Below are positions 58,801 through 64,000 of a DNA stretch of 64,000 nt, in pieces. Below the pieces are notes generated by a model. The model saw nothing but the letters and a program-made list of their open reading frames with translations. It had not been told where the DNA came from and did no database searches. The stretch's first letter is position 1, and each line of letters begins with the position of its first letter. A program made the translations under genes and the position numbers. Origin of the DNA: Piedraia hortae CBS 480.64 (lineage: Eukaryota); contig MU006013.1 in the NCBI GenBank assembly GCA_010093745.1, forward strand, positions 1-64,000, in the 5' to 3' direction.

Positions 58801-60631
58801 GCAGTTAGGATAGAATGGCGACGACGGTAGCTTTTGCTGACCCATCACAGCTTGACCATAGAGCCGCAGGTATTAACGGGCGTGATATGAAGTCTAGAAT
58901 ACGGAAGATCTCTTTTGCAGGGGTCTCATTTCCAAATTCACGATCGCCGCCGCCTCCAACCACGAGTCTTTCAGAATGTCTTTCCTGCACCAATCCAATG
59001 GTAAGGTTGGCTGAGTCGACAGTTATTTCTTCACATCGAAGTAAAGCTAGGTCTACTCTCCTCCTGCACTACTTTGGATGTTTGAAATATTGCACAGCAT
59101 GCAGGGGAGAGCGCTGATTGATCATTTCGATGCTTTCAGGAAAACAGATATGTTCGACTTGAACCCATCTGTCGTAGAAAAACCGCCCCTTGATGCATTT
59201 GGGCAGTTATGCTCCGCACGGGACAGGCTTGGATCCATGTGCGTTGCGCCCAAGTGAAGCAGATATGGCGCATCAAGGGAAACGGTCAGACATGGCCAAA
59301 ATCTTCGATTGTCGAAGCAGTCTACAGCCGCATATCATCACGATCGCCGGCTGTTGGTTCAGGCACAGCAATTACAAGGCACGAGTCAGGTACAAAGTGA
59401 CGGCAGCGCACATTTGGTTCGTTAATGCCTGTCATGATCCAGGTGCAGCAAGGTGGCTGCGAGGTTCATGTACTTGCAACGTGTCAAAAGCCTGTACGAT
59501 GCCAAGGTGTTGGGTGTGGTTGCAGATTGGATGGCCCTGCATGGATAAAAGCCTGAGGCATTCAGGCAAGGAGCCCAAACCGTTGAGGCCAATAGAGTTG
59601 GTAGCTTGCATAAAGAAAAGAAGGCCCCTGCTATGGTCTTTTTTGTCATTCGTGTTGGTGATCTAGGCATATGCTTACCGAATTTGTGCTCATATCCTAG
59701 GAAGAGTCGGGCACCGTCAGCAGGAAGACGGTTACGCGGTAGTTCGTTACTAAACCGGAGAAATGTCTACAAGGGAGAAATTCTCCGGGCTCTCGCGAAA
59801 GTGCGATTCTGGCCCCCAAATGGAAGAAAACGGAAGGAAACAATAAACGGGCTGGCGATGACGAGCATGAATCGTGCTGCATGATACGTCTTTGCTTTTG
59901 TGCCTTACAGGAGGACCCTGTGAGTGAGCACGAGGCGCAGAGCCTTGTGATCTATTGGCTTTGCGTAACGGTGGAGAGCGCCAAACCCTTTGACCGGCAA
60001 ATGCAGCTCCTTTTCTAACTAGCCAGCTGACTAAATGATAGGTGGGCAGGCAGATGACCGGCTCTATGCAAGCTTTAGCTGATCAACGAACCAAAAGCTG
60101 TAACCGCTGGGGGCGGCAGGTCTGGACGTTCATTAAAATATAATTCTCCGGGGGGTGTGGGTGGCGTGGCTGACTTCCCTGTTTGTTGGTACCCGCGCAC
60201 TGTGACGAAACGGCGGGTTGGCTAGGGGGTTTGTCTGCTGGGCGCATACGCTCAATTTTTCTCCGCACACTCAGACAGCCAAACGGGAGACGGCAGGAAG
60301 ATAAACGGTAGCTATAGATAGAACGGGCAGGGAAAGGGTTGTCAGGATATTTCTGGCACGTCTTTCATCTCGGTGATTGCAGACACGGGATCGGGAGATT
60401 GGATCGGCTGCGCTTGCCGCGAGTCAGCGCTTGGCTGTCTTTCTTCGTGCCCCCTTTTTTCCGCCCGCTCACTTGGACGGCTTCTTGGACTGTTGGAAAG
60501 AGGAGGGAGAGGAGAGCGGGAAGAGAGCACAAAGGGGCGACGTCGCCATCTGTGTGTCTGTCGTCCGTCCGCTCGCTACCCCTATCGGTGCCCTTCGCAC
60601 GCGCCGGCCGTTGTCCCCCCCACACCCCCCA

Positions 60632-62487
60632 ATGACTTCATCCCTCGACGACGTCAACGAGCGAGAGATGGCGCCTCCGACCAAGCGGCGGAAGCTGCAG
60701 CACGACGACGTCGTTGGCGGCCACGGTTACTTGCATGGCGTCGAGCAGCTGTCGCAGGCGTCGCAGGCGTCGGAGCGGCCGCAGCGCGTCGACAAAGTGC
60801 ACGTCCAGCTTCGCTCCGACAGTCATGTTCGATTGCACCGCCGGGCCACGGGCTCTCCCGCGAACGGTCGTGTGGAGGCCGTGTCGGCGGCCGACTGCTC
60901 GGGCAGCTGCGAGGCCCCGGGGTCGTATGGCTCTGAAACGACACAGTCGTCCGCTGCAGGCTCCACGTCGTCAGCTGAGGTGTCAGAGTCGGCCTCATCG
61001 ACGGCCTCCGCCGCTTCCTCCGACCACTCCGACCACTCCGATCACCCCGACTCCTCCACCTCTTCTGACGCCGACACTACCACTCACTCGTCCCCCGTCG
61101 CGACGCCGCCTCCGCCCTCATCGTCTCTCTCGTCGGCGTGGAACAGCTCCTCCACCACATCCAGTGCGTCTGACACGGCGTTGACTACGGTGTCGACGAC
61201 GTCGTCGGGTCACTCTTCCACCAAGAGCGACTCCAGCTCCAGTCTGGCCAGTGAGTTGCGCTTTCTCATGTCTAATCGCAAAAACTGACTTCTCCAGCCT
61301 CTTCTTCGTCGTCCAACGCCGTGTCTACCACGACCAGCAGTTCGTCCAGCCGGGCCACGACCGATAGCGACTCTTCCACTGTGGATCTTTCTACAGCCCA
61401 GTCCAAGACCGACTCGTCCACAAGCGAATCGTCAACAGAATCGACCCGGTCGGCCGAACCAAGCTCTACCTCCAGCCCCCCTTCCACGACTACATCCAGC
61501 ACAAGCGAAGAGACTCGAACCTCGGACTCATCTGTTAATGTCATTCCTTTGATTTCTGCCACGCTCAGCGACGGCTCCGTCACTGTTATCACACGGTCTA
61601 GCGTTCCCTTCACTACTACACTGCCCGATGGTCAGACATCAACCATCGAAGCCGTCTCCTCCAGCCTAACTACGCTTGGGAATGGGGCAACGTCGGTTGT
61701 CTACATGACTGATGCGCCCCCGGCTGCCGGTGCCCCGAGTACACTCACCTCCACCACAGTTGTGGGCGCTCCGGCCAGCGCTACAAGCACCAGCAGTTCG
61801 TCTACACATAGTGCAAGCAACGGTGGTGGCTCCAACACCAACACACCACCAGCAGGGACGATTGCCGGCGGTGTAGTTGGTGGAGCAGCAGGACTGGCTG
61901 TTATTCTTGTATTTGTCATGTTGTTCCTGCGCTGGTACCGCCGTAAGGCCATACATCACCATGCGCTGCCGCCCAATTCGGGTGCATCGGTCGATGACCA
62001 AACAACACACACGTTACGCGGACCCGGCATGGCGGAGCGAGCCGGACTGGCGCCGGTGATTCCTTCATTGTTCCGTCACTCAGACCGCAGTCGCGAGACT
62101 ATCAGCGGCCAAGGTTCGGAGCGCGGCTTTACGCGCGTCTCCGGGCGCAAGCTACCGTCCAATTTCAGCCCAGGCATGAGCCGGGATGGAGCCCTGTCGA
62201 TACCCGAGCGAAACCTGTCCAGCGCGTCGTTCTACCGCGATAGCACGGGCTTCTATGGCGGAGATGGATCCCTGTCGCCCATAACGCCGACCATGGACGG
62301 GTCTATCGTTGGTGCAAGCGAGGGCATCGCGCTGTCTCCGGGCCCGCAGCGGCGGCCAACGGTGCACGCCGGTGGGCCTTATACCACCATGAACGTGGCA
62401 TCGCCACAGTCGTCCCATTTTGAGCGCAGCGAGACGCCGGTATCGCTGGAACCGAACCGGGGCAGTCGGTTTACCGAAGAGGTGTGA
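60632..62487 (+). CDS. Ser/Thr-rich (mucin-like) single-pass membrane protein; exons 60632-61250 and 61298-62487
   Basis: Long S/T-rich tract; TM segment IAGGVVGGAAGLAVILVFVMLFL followed by RWYRRK; cytoplasmic SERGFTRVSGRKLPS and SFYRDSTGFYGG; intron gtgagt..ctgac..cag restores the frame. Confidence 0.8.
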
Positions 62488-62759
62488 TAATGTAGATTGT
62501 ATATTCGCATGATGCCTTTGCCGCGTTTACACTGGCTATGAAAGTACTTAATACATAATGCGGTGGAACCGTATTCGTTGACACAGACGGCGGTGGAACT
62601 TATACATGGTGGAGGGAAGTTGAACCTGGGAAAGCAAATCAGTTTCACAAATTTTCTGCAGCAGTTGCAATTTTGTCAACTGAATCGATTATCCTCTCTC
62701 AAGCAGACACCTTGTCACACATTATCGTTATCAGCACTTGGTTATAGCAGGGTGGCCGT

Positions 62760-63166
62760 TCATGCTGACTCATCAGGAGGAGCGTAGAATTCCATGCCTT
62801 CATTCATCATCTTCTCCACTACGGTAGGATTGATGATGTCCTTCCGAAACTGCTCCTGTTGAAGCAGCTCCAGAATCCTGATGGTGGGACCCGGATACCT
62901 GCTGTTACTCAGCGTTGAAAGATGGTGGAAGTTTCATACATACGCTAGATAGCGAATATACTCTGGTCGCCGAAAGTAGCAAAGGTATTTCACGTATTCC
63001 ACAAATTCTGGCGCGTCAAGGATTTTCATGGTGGATAGCCATTGAATGTAAAGAGGGTTGGAGAGTGATTGAACGAACTGGTGATTTTCGTTGGTTTTGT
63101 AGGGCAGCAGTGATGGAGACATACCTCTAGTTCGACCTCAAAACGGCTAGGTTCATCGTTGGCCAT
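62760..63166 (-). CDS. MED31: Mediator subunit Med31/Soh1; exons 63166-63125, 63077-62944, 62898-62760
   Basis: RFEVELE|FVQSLSNPLYIQWL..YLCYFRRPEYIRYLA|YPGPTIRILELLQQEQFR. Confidence 0.93.
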
Positions 63167-63405
63167 GCCAGTGTTTGACGAGAGCTTGCTAGCCCAATGG
63201 ACTGGTGTAATGGCAACTGTGCGCGCGTGGCCCAGTGCAGACCCTAGGGTACGGCTTACTAAGCCATACCAGCTGGTCCCTGCGGGGTGGGGAGTGGAAA
63301 GGGAGATGCCGGTGCCCTTGCAAAACATCAACAACGCAGCTGAATTGACGTGCATTTGATAGTCTGAAACGCTTTACATAGTCGGCACCGCCGATTGCAA
63401 CCGCC

Positions 63406-64000
63406 ATGGCCAGCACCACGGTGAATGAAGGCCTTATGCTGGCAGCCAATGGCAAGTTTTCCCTTCCGGCGTCACACCCTCTGCCGTCTCTAACACGCCG
63501 GCCAGAACGCCAGTCGTCGCCGCGGCCCTTTGCCTCCAACAACCCCTTTCGTAACCGGGGCCCGTCGCCAGCCAATCTCTCACCCGCCTTTCTCCCACCC
63601 AAGCCCGCCAACACCAACCCGTTCCTCGACGATAGCGAGCTCGACAAGCCCCGGTCAGGCAGCGCCGTGTTGACTGAAGGCATGGTATGTGTTTACTTCG
63701 TGCGTGCGCCGTGCCTCTGACCGTCGCCCGCAGAGAGACATGTCGCTACTGGATGGTCCTGCTACCGACCAGCCGAGCCGCAAACCCGTCCCCAACCGAC
63801 CGCGTGGAGCTTCAGAGTCTTCTGTCTTCGATGAACGTGAGCGACGTGAGCGACGCGAGCGAGAGCATGACCGCGAGCGCCAACGCACTGGTCGCCCCCA
63901 TCGCAGCGAGTCGGAAGAGCGTCGGCGTCAGCGACGCAAAGAACGCGAGCGTGAGCGCGATCGTGACGGACGCGACAAGAAAGACTCGCGACGCAAGGAC
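63406..64000 (+). CDS. Pal1-like endocytosis/morphology protein, 5' part; intron 63685-63733; continues beyond the window
   Basis: Two NPF motifs (SNNPFRNR, TNPFLD), RPRGASESSV and an Arg/Glu-rich tract, resembling Pal1 N-termini of filamentous fungi. The Pal1 core domain is not in the window. Confidence 0.6.

Overview
Eukaryotic DNA from a filamentous ascomycete. The genome is compact with short GT-AG introns (mostly 42-61 nt); a Dothideomycete is my guess, not something the sequence proves. Dense housekeeping blocks alternate with accessory blocks of decayed repeats and pseudogenes (about 3.6-6.8, 30.7-42.8 and 51-60 kb). The housekeeping genes are KRI1, DBP8, a GH3 beta-glucosidase, SEA4/MIOS, the PP2A A subunit, FRS1, SPP1, DFG10, an STB3-like gene, a pyruvate decarboxylase, VPS21, MED31 and a PAL1-like gene. 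There is one assembly gap at 16149-16953. The four most interesting items are: (1) a tandem trio of intronless, signal-peptide-bearing App1-like HAD phosphatase paralogs with an altered C-terminal acidic motif, each followed by a relic of an LTR-related repeat; (2) a spliced 64-aa microprotein gene (MDTVQRGCYDMTG, Pro-rich stretch, (NG)10) that the ORF track misses; (3) a solo LTR with a near-perfect 5-bp target-site duplication plus an internally deleted copy; (4) a p67phox/NoxR-like TPR protein with no visible PB1 domain. Family calls come from motif recognition by eye; no searches were run.
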